From Octopus sinensis (Eukaryota): a DNA stretch of 64,000 nt. The position numbers were made by a program, and so were the translations under genes. The notes beneath the pieces were generated by a model. That model saw nothing but the letters and a program-made list of their open reading frames with translations, was not told the origin of the DNA and searched no databases. Positions 48,181 to 62,274 of the stretch are shown one piece after another (position 1 is the stretch's first letter; the number at the start of each line of letters is the position of its first letter). The stretch lies in contig NC_043007.1 of NCBI RefSeq assembly GCF_006345805.1, forward strand, positions 10,912,001 to 10,976,000. The letters run 5' to 3'.

Positions 48181-49539
48181 ACACACACACACACACTCCT
48201 TGAACAACTAGTAAACTTGTCATTGTGAACTGACTGCTCGACACCCATTATCATAGAGATAGCAACAGAAACCAGTCAATTGATCATTAATCAACATCAA
48301 CAAATGTCTCTCAAGCTGAGAGACATTTGTCACAAATAAAAAAATAAACCCAGCTAAACAGTCAGATGACTTCATTGCAACACATATCTCCATCTCCATC
48401 CTCTTAAACACAAACAAAATGCTTTGCAGTGAATACATTCAACAGTTTCATTGATTTCTACAATATTCTATGCGTTGGTTCATGGCAGGGTGTCCCAACC
48501 TTGTTTATGTTCCATACTCAGGACTGGCTGTGTGGTTAAGAAGCTTGTTTTGTGACTGTTTGGTTTTGGGGTTCAGTCCCACTTAGCAGCACCTTGGGCA
48601 AGTGGTTTTTTTTTTTGTTATTATAACCCTGGGCTAGGCTAGGAAGACCAATGCCTTGTATGTGAATTGGATTGCATGCAATTGGATGGTAGCCCATCGC
48701 ATATGTGTGCGTGTGAATGTGTTTTGTACGGGTGAATATGTTTTGCTTGTGTGTGTTTTGTATGAGTGAATATGTTTTGTGTGTATGTGTGTGTGTGTGT
48801 ACGTGTGTCCATGTGTGTGTGGTGTGTGTGTGTGTGTACGTGTGTGTGTGTGCGTCTTTGTATATGTCTCTTCACCATTTGACAACCAGTGTTGGTTTGT
48901 TTACATTCCTGTAACTTTGCAGTTCAGCAAAAGATACTATTAGAATAAGTACCGGGCATTAAAAAAAAAATCAGTTCTGGATCAATTGTTTGACAGAACT
49001 TTTAAGAAAATCGAATAGTTTTTCACAAAAAATTTTATTCATACATATGTACGTAATAGGCGTAGGAGTGGCTGTGTGGTAAGTAGCTTGCTTATGAACC
49101 ACATAGTTCTGGGTTCAGTCCCACTGTGTGGCACCTTGGGCAAGTGTCTTCTACTATAGCCTTGGGCCGACCAAAGCCTTGTGAGTGGATTTGGTAGACA
49201 GAAACTGATAGAAGCCCATCATATATTAGTGTATATATATATATATATATATAATATATATATATATATATCTAAGTATGTATGTGTGTGTATATGTTTG
49301 TGTGTCTGTGTTTGTCCCTCCCCCCCAACATCGCTTGACAACCAATGCTGGTGTGTTTGCGGTTCGGCAATAGAGACTGATAGAAAAAGTACTAGGCTTA
49401 CAAAGAGTAAGTCCTGGAGTCGCTTTTATTGACTAAAGGCGGTGCTCCAGCATGGCCACAGTCAAATGACTGAAACAAGTCTATTCTAATAGTATCTTTT
49501 GCTGAACTGAAACAAGTAAAAGAGTAAAAGAGACTAAAG

Positions 49540-49940
49540 AGTATACATACATACATACATACATACATACATACATACATGCATACATATATACATACAT
49601 ATATACATACATACATACATGCATGCATATATACATACATACATACATACATACATAACTACATACATACATACATACATATATACATACATATATACAT
49701 ACATACATACATGCATGCATATATACATACATACATAACTACATACATAACTACATACATACATACATACATACATATATACATACATACATATATACAT
49801 ACATACAAAACTACATACATACATACATACATACATACATACATGCATACATACATATATACATACATACATACATGCACACATACATACATACATAACT
49901 ACATATATACATACATACATACACACATACATACATACAT
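49540..49940. repeat. (TACA)n array
   Basis: Direct reading. Confidence 0.95.
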
Positions 49941-50109
49941 GAATGATAGGCTTTTCTCAGTTTCCATCTACTAAATCAACTCACGAGGCTTTGGTCAGAA
50001 CAGGGCTATAAAAGAAGACATTTGCCCAAGGTGCCATGCAGTGGAACTGAACCCAAGACCACATAGTTCAGAAGCAAACTTTTGAACTACTTAGCCACGC
50101 CAACATCTA

Positions 50110-50810
50110 TAACAATAAAAACAGCACCTAACAATGTTGTTTTACTTATTCGTGGACCAATGATGAGCAAATGCTGGAACCTAAAACAACTGTCTAAAGA
50201 TGAGTAATTTTGGCACAAAAGTCAGACTTCTCAAATTTCAGCTTTTTTAAAAAATTAGAACTGGAAGAAATTATACACCCACCCTTCCCTCCCTCCCTCC
50301 CTCCCTCCATCCATCCACCCATCCATCCATCCATCCCTCCATCCATCCACCCACCCATCCATCCATCCATCCCTCCATCCATCCACCCATCCATCCATCC
50401 ACCCATCCACCCATCCACCCATCCATCCACCCATCCATCCTTCCATCCATCCATCCACCCATCCATCCATCCATCCATCCATCCATCCATCCATCCATCC
50501 ATCCATACCTCCATCCATCCATCCACCCATCCATCTATCCATACACACACACCCACATACATACATACAAATATATATACATACACAGACACACACAGAT
50601 ACACATGCATACATACATACACACATACATACATACACACACACATACATACACACATACATACATACATACATACATACATACAAACATACACACATAC
50701 ATACACACATACATACATACATACATACATACATACATACACACATACACACATATACACATACATACATACATACATACATACATACTACACACACACA
50801 CACAGATACA

Positions 50811-50844
<34 letters not shown>

Positions 50845-51065
50845 CATGGGCAAGAAATCTAGGCGGTGGAAAGCAAAGCAAAGAGTTACGGCATCATCCA
50901 CATTATTGCCAACAGTGAGAGAATGTCTTCAAGATATTATCATTCCATAAGGCATGATGCAGTGACCAGAACAGTTTGGAAAAGAATAAGGAAAACGAAA
51001 ATTCCAACAGGCAAAGTTAATTATTTTGAGACTAGAGGTTCAGAAAAATATTTGTGGAACTTAAT
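50110..51065 (+). mobile_element. Decayed R4-like RLE retrotransposon fragment split by a (CCAT)/(TACA) microsatellite (50280-50840)
   Basis: [38 protein letters not shown] resembles the HxxxxC..RHD..WN region of the 9440-10238 element. Confidence 0.55.
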
Positions 51066-51192
51066 AATTAAAACAATCATCCCTCGACCGCGAGTCCCCT
51101 GCTCTAACCACTAGGCCATGTGCCTCCACTGCAAGGTGATTACAACTTCTTAATTGATATGTTGTCTCACTATAATTGATATCTATCTCACT

Positions 51193-51575
51193 TAGTGGAG
51201 GCGCAATGGCCCAGTGGTTAGGGCAGCGGACTCGCGGTCATAGGATCGCGGTTTCGATTCCAGACCGGGCGTTGTGAGTTTTATTGAGCGGAAACACCTA
51301 AAGCTCCACGAGGCTCTGGCAGGGGATGGTGGTGATCCCTGCTGTACTCTTTCACCACAACTTTCTCTCACTCTTACTTCTGTTCTGTTGTACCTGTATT
51401 TCAAAGGGCCGGCCTTGTCACTCTCTGTGTCACGCTGAATATCCCCGAGAACTCGTTAAGGGTGCACGTGTCTGTGGAGTGCTCAGCCACTTACACGTTA
51501 ATTTCATGAGCAGGCTGTTCCGTTGATTCGGATCAACCGGAACCCTCATCGTCGTAACCGACGGAGTGCTTCCAC
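51193..51575 (+). mobile_element. Full-length young tRNA-derived SINE C with 15-bp TSD
   Basis: A box TGGCCCAGTGG and B box GGTTTCGATTCC. GATATCTATCTCACT at 51178-51192 and 51576-51590. Confidence 0.93.
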
Positions 51576-51802
51576 GATATCTATCTCACTATAACCTTTT
51601 CATCATCACCTCCATCTTAAAAGGTTTTGTGTTGCAACTACTTGGTGACCCTGTCAGTGCAGGTGCCACTTAAAAAACTGCAAAAAATCCTGCCAAAACA
51701 GTCACAGAAGTCTGGTGCGGGCTTCTACCTGGCCATCTCTTGTGAAACTGTCCAACCTATGCTAGCATGGAAGGTGGACGTTAAACGATGATGATGATGA
51801 TG

Positions 51803-51833
<31 letters not shown>

Positions 51834-51849
51834 CACTAAATCTACAAGC

Positions 51850-52015
51850 TTTTTTTCATTCTCTCTGTTTATTTTCCCTTATTCCTTTCTGTTGAAGAGC
51901 ATAGGCTCAAAATGTAAAAGACTTTTTCATTTTCCCCAAACGTTAAAACTAATACACCTGCTTGTTGTTCATACACCTGTCTTCATCTTTTGTTTTTCCA
52001 TAAATTTCAACTATA
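51850..52015 (+). mobile_element. Penelope-like solo repeat family with a hammerhead-like motif; inverted homologues at 58325-58500 and 58515-58695
   Basis: CTTT-CTGTTGA-AGAGC-ATAG-GCTC-AAAAT-GTA-AAAG followed by a shared TAAACTAATAC..TGTTGTT body. Confidence 0.55.
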
Positions 52016-52448
52016 TATATATATGCGTGTGTGTGTGTGTCTTTGTGTGTTTGCGTGTGTGCATCTTTGTGAGTTTGTGTGCACATGCATGTGTGTGTTT
52101 GTGTGTTTATGTGTGTGCATGTGTGTTTGTGTGCGCGTGTATGTGTGTGTGTGTGTTTTTGTGTTTGTGTATTTGTATGTGTGTATGTGTGTGTATATGT
52201 GTGTGTGCATGCATGAGTGTGTGTATCTGTGTATTGGTGTTTGTCCACCACTACTGCTTAACAACCAGTGTCAGTTGTGTTTACATCCCTGTGACTTAGC
52301 GGTTCGGCAAAAAGACTGATAGAATAAGAACTTGGCTTTAAAAAATGTAATGAGTACTGAGGTCAATTCATTTGACTAAAAAATCTTTGAAACAGTGCCC
52401 CAGCATGGCCAAAATCTAATGACTGAAACAGGTAAAAGATAAAAGACA

Positions 52449-52860
52449 GATAGGCGCAGGAGTGGCTGTATGGTAGGTAGCTTGTTTACCAGCCACATGG
52501 TTCCGGGTTCAGTCCCACTGCGTGGCATCTTGGGCAAGTGTCTTCTACTAGAGCCTCGGGCCGACCAAAGCCTTGTGAGTGGATTTGGTAGACGGAAACT
52601 GAAAGAAGCCCATCGTATATATGTATATATATACATATATATATATGCGTGTGTGTGTCTGTGTTTGTCCCCCTAGCATTGCTTGACAACCAATGCTGGT
52701 GTGTTTATGTCCCCCGTTACTTAGCAGTTCGGCAAAAGAGACCGATAGAATAAGTACTGGGCTTACGAAAGAATAAGTCCCGGAGTCGATTTGCTCGATT
52801 AAAGGCAGTGCTCCAGCATGGCCGCAGTCAAATGACTGAAACAAGTAAAAGAGAGAGTAA
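52449..52860 (+). mobile_element. Full-length SINE A
   Basis: Runs from ATAGGCGCAGGAGTGGCTG to the GTAAAAGAG tail. Confidence 0.92.
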
Positions 52861-53689
52861 AAGAGTAAATCAATAAATAGAAAAGAAGACCAAAAAGAAC
52901 TAAAAACAAACCATGGGCCAAGAATCTAATTGGTGTCAGTTGTGGAATTTGAACCCTCACTCTTCCGGTTTGGATACCAACATAACAGAAGCTAAATGAA
53001 TGTCAGTGAAGTAGAGAACAAATGGAATAAAATAATAATGGTGATATTTTAGAAATAGGTTTTGATGACATTTACAAACATGCTGTTTATTTTGTCAGCA
53101 TGTGTGTGTGTGTGTGTGTGTGTATGTGTGTGTGTTATGTGTGTGTATGTGTGCATGCGTGTACGTTTGAATGACTGTATGTCTGTCTCTATGAATGCAT
53201 GTGCATGTAATGTATGTATGTATACGTGTGCATGTGTGAGCATGTACGTGTAATGTAACGTATGTATAAATGAATGTAAATATGTGTATGTGTATACTCT
53301 TTTACTTGTTTCAGTCATTTGACTGCGGCCAGGCCGGAGCACCGCCTTTAGTCGAGCAAATCGACCCCAGGACTTATTCTTTGGAAGCCTAGTAATTATT
53401 CTAAGTACTAAGTTACGGGGACGTAAACACACCACCACCAGTTGTCAAGCGATGTTGGGGGGGGACAAACACAGACACACAAACATATACACACATATAA
53501 ACATATGTATATACATATATATGATGGGCTTCTTTCAGTTTCCATGGCTTTGGTCGGCCCAAGATGCTTGCCCAAGGTACCACACAGTGGGAATGAACCC
53601 AGAACCAGGTGGTTGGTAAGCAAGCTACTTACCACACAGCCACTTCTGTGCCTATGTATAAATATTTCTTTACAGTGTATATGTATACA

Positions 53690-54720
53690 TGTGTGTATGT
53701 ATGTGCATGTATATGTAGTATGTATGTATGTGTGTGTGTATGTGTGTATGTATGTATGTATGTATGTATGCATGTATGTATGTTTGTGGTATGTATGTAT
53801 GTATTATGTATGCATGTATGTATGTGTGTGTTTATGTATGTATGTAATGTATGTATGTATGTTGTATGTATGTATGTATGTATGTAGGTATGTATGTGTG
53901 TTGTGTATGTGTGTGTGTATTATGTATGTTTTTATGTATGTATGTATGTATGTATGTATGTATGTGTGTGTAGTTGTGATGTATGTATGTATGCATGCAT
54001 GTATGTATGTATGTATGTATGTATGTATGTATGTATGTATGTATGTATGTATGTTGTGTGTGTGTATGTGTGTAATGTATGTATGTATGCATGCATGTAT
54101 GTATGTATGTATGTATGTATGTATGTATGTATGTATGTATGTATGTATGTATGTATGTGTGTGTGTATGTATGTATGTATGTATGTATGTATGTATGTAT
54201 GTATGTATGTATGTGTGTGTGTATGTGTGTGTGTATGTATGTATGTATGTATGTGTGTGTGTATGTGTGTGTGTATGTATGTATGTATGTGTGTATAAAT
54301 GAATGAATGTATGTGTATATGTATGAATGTAAGTATGTGTATGTATGTATATATATTTGCTTGCAGTGTATGTTTGTGCATGTGTATAAATGTGTAAAAT
54401 ATTTATGCATGCATGTGTGCATGTGTGTGCTTGTATGCATACTGTAATATATGTGTATGTGTAGGTAAGAATGAATGCATGTGTGTATAAATGTATATGT
54501 GTATATAAAATATTTGTTTACAGCATATGTGTGTGCATGTATGTGTATGCATAATCTGTGTATGTGCATGTGTGTATATGCATAATCTGTGTATGTGCAT
54601 GTGTGCATATATATGTGTAATATATGCATATGTGTATGTTATGAATGAATATACGTATGTTTATATGAATGTATGTGTGTATATGTGTATGTATATGCAA
54701 GTATTTGTGAATGAATGTAT
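53690..54720. repeat. (TATG/TG)n compound array
   Basis: Direct reading. Confidence 0.95.
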
Positions 54721-54764
54721 TTCTCCGTGTATTTTGTATGTATGTGTATTTATGTATATGTTTA

Positions 54765-55048
54765 TCCCTTCTCGAGCCATGCCTGGCTCAAAAGGGCCGG
54801 TTTCTCAGTTTCCTTGGCGTATAGGTTCCCCACCTGGACGGGACGCCAGTTTGTCATAGGTGAGCTGCAAGATGCAGGAGGAAAGAGTGAGAGAAAATTG
54901 TGGTGAAAGAGTCAGCAGAAGTTCAACATTACCTTCTGCCAGAGTCGCGTGGAGCTTAGGTGTTTCGCTCATAAACACACACACCGCTCGGTCTGAGATT
55001 TGAACCTGTTATCCCTCGACTTGCGAGTCCGCTGCTCTAACCACTAGG
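54765..55048 (-). mobile_element. SINE C variant with the GCCAGGCATGGCTCGAGAAGG tail
   Basis: Same tail as 11291-11541. Confidence 0.8.
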
Positions 55049-55074
55049 ATTCAGGATACATGCTGTTTACTACA

Positions 55075-55410
55075 TACTTATTGATGTGTCTAAGAATCAC
55101 TCATACAAGAATTTTTCCAGCAATGCACAACAAGCTAATCCCCTTGTGATTATCACAAACATTCTTTTTCCCCTTGTTTTTGTACAAATGCATTATAGAC
55201 GCATCTTTAAGCTGTTGGGGAATAGATCCAGCTTCCCAGATCAAACAGATTGATTTGCACAGCTTGTAAGAAAGCTGTCTACCATCATGTTCATACACTT
55301 CTATGGGAACACTGTCTTCTTCAGGAACTTTACCATTCAAAAGTTTTTTAATAGCAGTACTTGTCTCTTCCAAAAAAGGTCCTTCCTTAAATTCCTCAAT
55401 TATAGTCCTC
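55075..55410 (-). mobile_element. RTE RT N-terminal fragment
   Basis: AIKKLLNGKVPEEDSVPIEVY..IPQQLKDASIMHLYKNKG..CDNHKGISLLCIAGKIL. Confidence 0.85.
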
Positions 55411-55445
55411 TGAAGGATTTTAAATTATTATTATTATTATTATTA

Positions 55446-55492
<47 letters not shown>

Positions 55493-55517
55493 AATAATAA
55501 TAATAATAATAATAATG

Positions 55518-55548
<31 letters not shown>

Positions 55549-55550
<2 letters not shown>

Positions 55551-56072
55551 GCTTCTGATCTTAGCTGATTGGAAGTGTTATCATGTACATTGTTTTGTCT
55601 TGGTATAAAAGATGGGCTACAGCAAATATTCTGCTCAATACCACAGATTTGCTTGTCAGTTGTTTGACCATAACCAGTTGAGCATGTCTCTTAATGGCTG
55701 ACGATATGTGCATCTCTGATCATGAGCAGATGTAGTGAGAGAGCATCATAGCCATGTGTTGAAAGGAATTCTTAGAGGTTTGGGTAGTTCATGTTTGGAA
55801 ACATGGGTGGTTCATTCAACATCCTTAAACAACCCTTATTCAGGGACCTTTTGAGCGGGATGGGTTACTTGACCAGAAGAAAATTCTAACTGGGCCCCAC
55901 GTGCAAGGTCATGCGCTGTTTATCTTGATATGAGATCACCATGTCGCGCACATATGGTTGTGATGCATGTGCCTAGTGTACCCTTATCAGACAGGTAGTC
56001 ATGATGGGTATACTGGGCTTCGTATATTTTACCCCAGTGTCACTTTGATGGCATGCACTGCTCTCTCACTCA
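55549..56072 (+). mobile_element. Family E retroposon in (AAT)n
   Basis: Reverse complement of 16345-16870. Confidence 0.8.
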
Positions 56073-56374
56073 ATAATGATAATAATAATAATAATAATAA
56101 TGATGATGATGATGATGATAACAACAACCACGATAATAATAGTAATACTACTACTAATAATAATTCATTCTTTTATTAGCCACAAGGGCTCGCATACAAT
56201 AACATTAAATGATATGATACAGAGATAAAAGACAACACAAAACAATAGAATAGGTTTTACAGCAATGTAAACAATATATATAACAACAATAATTATAATA
56301 TACTTTACTTTGTCATGATTTCTTTTTTCTCCAATTTATAAAACCAAACACATGCACACATTGATTGTTTGATA

Positions 56375-57160
<786 letters not shown>

Positions 57161-57767
57161 TAAAAACAAAAAACAAATATAAATAATACATAGTTTATTG
57201 ACATTTCCATGCAAAATATTGAAACAGTATCCAATTCTTTAGTCTTCATTTATTTTCCAGTCAAAAACTTACTCCTGAATTCTTGGAAGAGGTTACCTTT
57301 CTCTATTACAGTTAACAAGCGCCAATGAGGGCCGTCAGCGCAACGTAAATAGTTCCTGTTTCTCACAGATTGGTCTAGCAGAGATGCTTACATGTACGTG
57401 TTTGCAAAAATTTACAAGGGTGACGGAAGGGTAGCATTTGTTAACCAGTCAGTTCTCATCTACATTTACAACTCATGTGGATTGTATATATCATATATAA
57501 GTATGGGCATGTGTGTGCGTGTGTATATATATGTGTGTGGTGTGTGTGAGTGTTTGTGCATGTGTGTGAGTGTGTATATATATATATATGTGTGTGTGTG
57601 TGTATTAGCATAGGAAACAGATATTACATGCTTATAAGTATACATCCGTTTTTGTATACAAAGAAGCACTCAATACCTTAATGCAGAGGAAAAAAATATA
57701 TAAACAAACAGTTGATAATTCATTTGAACATTACTTGGTTTCATTCACACTCACACGTACACATATA

Positions 57768-58068
<301 letters not shown>

Positions 58069-58754
58069 TAGTAACAGGTCTTGGGGGCTGACGATATACA
58101 TAAAGTTAAACCCTTTATGGATGGGAAACCCAGGGTAACCCTGTAAGCCGGCCTTCACCAGGAAAAAATATAGACTGCTCTAGTTCTTAGAATGTGTTTC
58201 TCTGGATTTATATTTTTTAAGCATACCCTTATACCCGCTCCTTGTTACTCTCATACAAGTGCCCTGATGTGCGTAGTATACAGTTGAATATATTTTTTAT
58301 ATATATATATTATATATATATATAGTGAGAATTTACAAAAAAAAAAGGACGAAGACGGGAGTGTAAACAACAAACAGATATATTAGTTTAACGCTTAGGA
58401 AGTGAGAAAGTGTTTTATGTTTCGAGCCTACGCTCTTCGACAGAAAGGAACACAGAAATAAACAGGGAGAGAAAATAGAAAATGTTTAGTAGCTAGCGAT
58501 CTGTCATGGCAAGTTCAAATTTACAGAAAACAAAAGATGAAGTGAGGTGAAGGAACAACAAGCAGGTGTATTAGTTTAATGCTCGGGAAGAATGGAAAAG
58601 TCTTTGACATTTTGAGCCTATGCTCTTTGATAGAAAAGATTGAGAAGGAACAATATGGAGAGAATACAAAGAAAACGGAGAAAGAAAAAAACGTGATGAA
58701 CACACACACACACACACACACTCACACACACAATATATATATAGATGTATAGAG

Positions 58755-58828
<74 letters not shown>

Positions 58829-58917
58829 GTAGGTAGGTAGGTAGGTAGGTAGAAAGGCAGATATATAAATCAATAGATCAATAGACAGACTGACATATAT
58901 ATGCATTTATACACTCA

Positions 58918-59180
58918 TATCATCATCATCATCATCGTTTAACGTCCGTTTTCCATGCTAGCATGGGTTGGACGGTTTGACCGGGGTCTGGGAAGCCAGG
59001 AAGCTGCACCAGGCTCCAGTCTGATCTGGCAGTGTTTCTACAGCTGGATGCCCTTCCTAACACCAACCACTCCATGAGTGTAGTGGGTGCTTTTTACGTG
59101 CTACCAGCACAGGGGCCAGAGGAGGCTGGCAAATGGCCATGATTGGTTGGTGCTTTTACGTGTCACTGACACGGACGCCA
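58918..59180 (-). mobile_element. Family D element
   Basis: Diagnostic terminal module. Confidence 0.85.
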
Positions 59181-59395
59181 TATATATATGAGAGGTATTG
59201 GTATCCTGAAGACACAAGTTCGCAGGTAAGGCTATGTAAATGCTACAGGAGGGCCATAGTTAGACTCTCTGTTCGATAATAGTATGAGTGAGGGGTATAA
59301 TATGGGTCTTGTGTGAGCATGTATAAGTTAAATAAAATGAGGCAACAAAACCAAAGCTGTGTGGAGTTTACAGGACATTTATAAAGAGAAAGGTA

Positions 59396-59443
59396 GTCTT
59401 ACAGCTGTTTCTGGGATATTAGAGATATGCCTTCATCAGAGAC
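59396..59443 (-). ncRNA. Minimal type I hammerhead motif in a probable Penelope relic
   Basis: GUCU-CUGAUGA-AGGCAUAU-CUCUA-AUAUCCCA-GAAAC-AGCU-GUA-AGAC. Confidence 0.55.
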
Positions 59444-59911
59444 GATATGGAAGAGTTAACTAGAGGGAAATAGTAGAGTTCAATATAAGGAGTTACTTTG
59501 GAAATGGATGGAAATAAGAAGTATAAAAGGAAATAAGAGAATAAAAGTAAAAATACAAGTAAAAATATATGTAGGATGTTACAGTTGCAGTTCTACTATC
59601 TAAGGAAAGTGGTATGTAGAATGGGTAGAAATGCTTCTTGTCCATGGTATGTAGATTCCGATAGGAGTGAATAGTGTGGAGACATAAATTCTATGTGCTG
59701 TTCATATGTATTTTACAAATAGGAAAACTTTTGGAGAAATATGTTTGCTATATTCTCTGTGTGTGTTTACATTTAGAAAGAGAGAGAGACATGAGTGGTT
59801 TTGGAGGATTTTAACTCCTCTTTCAAACAGGTACTTATCATACCCTGACTTTTTATTGTACATACATAAATACATACATACATAAATACATACATACATA
59901 CATACATACAT

Positions 59912-62042
59912 AGCGACTCTTCTACAAAGTCACTCAAAGAACTCAGGAAGGCACGAAATAAAACCCAACTGACAGCCAGACGCTGTATTGGCAGGAAATC
60001 TGTCAGAGTATCCAGTCAGCTGCCGCCAGGGGCGACACCCGTGGGATGTATGCCGGTTTGAAGAAGGCCCTCGGTCCATCCACAACCAAGTCAGCCCCTC
60101 TGAAATCAACTACTGGAGATCTCATCAGGGATCAAAGCAAGCAAATGGATAGATGGGTGGAGCACTACCAGGATCTCTACTCACGGGAGACTACAGTGGC
60201 TGAGGCTGCAGTCGAGAGTGTCAAGATCTTGCTAGTCATGTGCGAACTTGACAGTCTGCCATCTATAGCAGAGCTCATCAAGGCTGTTGACTCCCTAGCA
60301 AGAAAAGACGGCCGGGAAAAGATGGCATCCCCTCAGAGATCATCAAAGCCGGCAAAAACACCATCCTGCTTCGGCACCTTCATGAGCTTCTGTGTCAGTG
60401 CTGGGAAGAGGGTACAGTCCCTCAGGATATGCAGGATGCTAACATCATTACGCTTTACAAAAACAAAGGTGACCGTGGTGATTGTAACAATTACCGTGGA
60501 ATATCTCTTCTAAGCACTGTTGGAAAGACCTTTGCCCGCATTATCCTGGCCAGGCTACAACTACTTGCTTCTCGAATCTATCCGGAATCGCAGTGTGACT
60601 TTAGAAGAAGCAGATCAACTATCGATATGATATTCTCCATACGCCAACTTCAGGAGAAGTCCAGAGAGCAGAGAATGCCATTATATATGGCTTTCATTGA
60701 TCTAACAAAGGCCTTTGACTCGGTAAGCAGAACAGGCCTCTTCACCCTGCTCCAAAAAATCGGATGTCCACCAAAGCTGCTGAGGATCATCAAGTCTTTC
60801 CATGATGACATGCAAGGCACCATACAGCACAATGGTTCAACATCAGCCGCCTTCCAAATAAAAAACGGGGTAAAGCAAGGTTGTGTCCTCGCTCCTACAT
60901 TGTTTGGCATTTTCTTCTCGTTCTTACTCTCACATGCCTTTCAGACATCAGATGATGGAGTGTTTCTGCACAGTAGAAGTGATGGGAAACTGTTCAATCT
61001 CTTGCGCCTGCATGCCAAGACCAAAATCAGAAACGTCCTGATCAAAGAGATGCTATCTGCTGATGATGCCACTCTGGTATCACACACAGAAGAAGCCCTC
61101 CAAAGGCTCATTAACTGTTTTGAGCAAGCATGTAACGACTTTGGCTTAGCTATCAGCCTTAAGAAGACCAACATCATGGGTCAGGCTACATCGGACATCC
61201 CAAACATACATATTGGAGACCACAGATTACAAGAGGGGGAGAAGTTACAACCTATCCCTTGATGCTGAGCTCAATATACGCATTGGCAAGGCAGCTGCTG
61301 CGATGGCCCAACTCTCCAAACGGGCTTGGGACAACAAAAAGCTGACCAAGACCACGAAAATGAAGATCTACCAGGCATGTGTACTTAGCACTCTACTGTA
61401 TGGAAGTGAGACTTGGACGCTATACACACGCCAAGAGCGTCGCCTAAACATCTTTCACCTGCGCTGCCTCCAGAAAATCCTCCGCATCAAATGGCAGAAC
61501 CATATCCCCAACAAAGATGTCCTCAGGCAAGCAGGAATACCAAGCGTGTTTGCACTCCTCACACAAAGACGTATGAGATGGCTTGGGCATGTTAGCCGTA
61601 TGAAAGATGGCAGAATCCCCAAGGACATACTCTACGGAGAGCTTGCTAGGGGTACTAGGTTTGTGGGTAGACCGCTCTTACGTTACAAGGATGTTTGCAA
61701 AAGGGACATGAAGGCCTGCAACATCAATATTAGCGGTTGGGAGGCAGTTGCCGGCAACCGTGGAAACTGGCGACGTACCGTAAGAGAGGGAATACAAAGG
61801 AGTGACAGAGAGAGAGAGGAGAAATGGAAAGACAAGAAAAGACGTCAACAAGAAACTATGACACTACAACCAGCCAGGAACAGTCTTCGCTCCATTTGCG
61901 GTACCTGCCAGAGGGAGTATTTGTCCAGGATAGGACTACACAGCCACAGCAGGAAATGTATCAGGACATGAAATGTAAAAGCTGGACTAGACTACTTTAT
62001 GCACAACTCCATTGTCTCCCGAGACAAAAAGGATGCCAACCA
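59912..62042 (+). mobile_element. 5'-truncated, frameshifted BovB-like RTE LINE (distinct from copies 1-4, no PHD finger)
   Basis: NYRGISLLS, QCDFR, DLTKAFDSV, GVKQGCVLAP, SADD (degenerate YADD), LYGSETW, RWLGHV. The 3' end has the TGTCTC-CC-GAGACA hairpin and AAGGATGCCAAC. Confidence 0.9.
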
Positions 62043-62274
62043 ATATATATACCGGAGTAAACACATAAATGTGAAACAAAGTGGAAAAAAGAGTACTCAA
62101 ATACCAGTATATATATATATATTATGTGAAATAAAAAGATGAATAATCTTGTAGTAGATTAATCAAAAGTTAAACCGATACCTTAGTAGCAAAAATCACA
62201 GCAGTAAACAGCACGGTTGGAGGTACAACCATATGGTGTTGCAACCGTGCGTTGGTGCGGATAATTGAAATTAA

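Noticed and set aside
50280-50535. G-quadruplex or triplex potential of (GGAT/GGGT)n
   Set aside because: A generic microsatellite property, with nothing locus-specific.
51196-51270. Functional tRNA gene
   Set aside because: It has A/B boxes but continues into a SINE body with a TSD, and many diverged copies exist.
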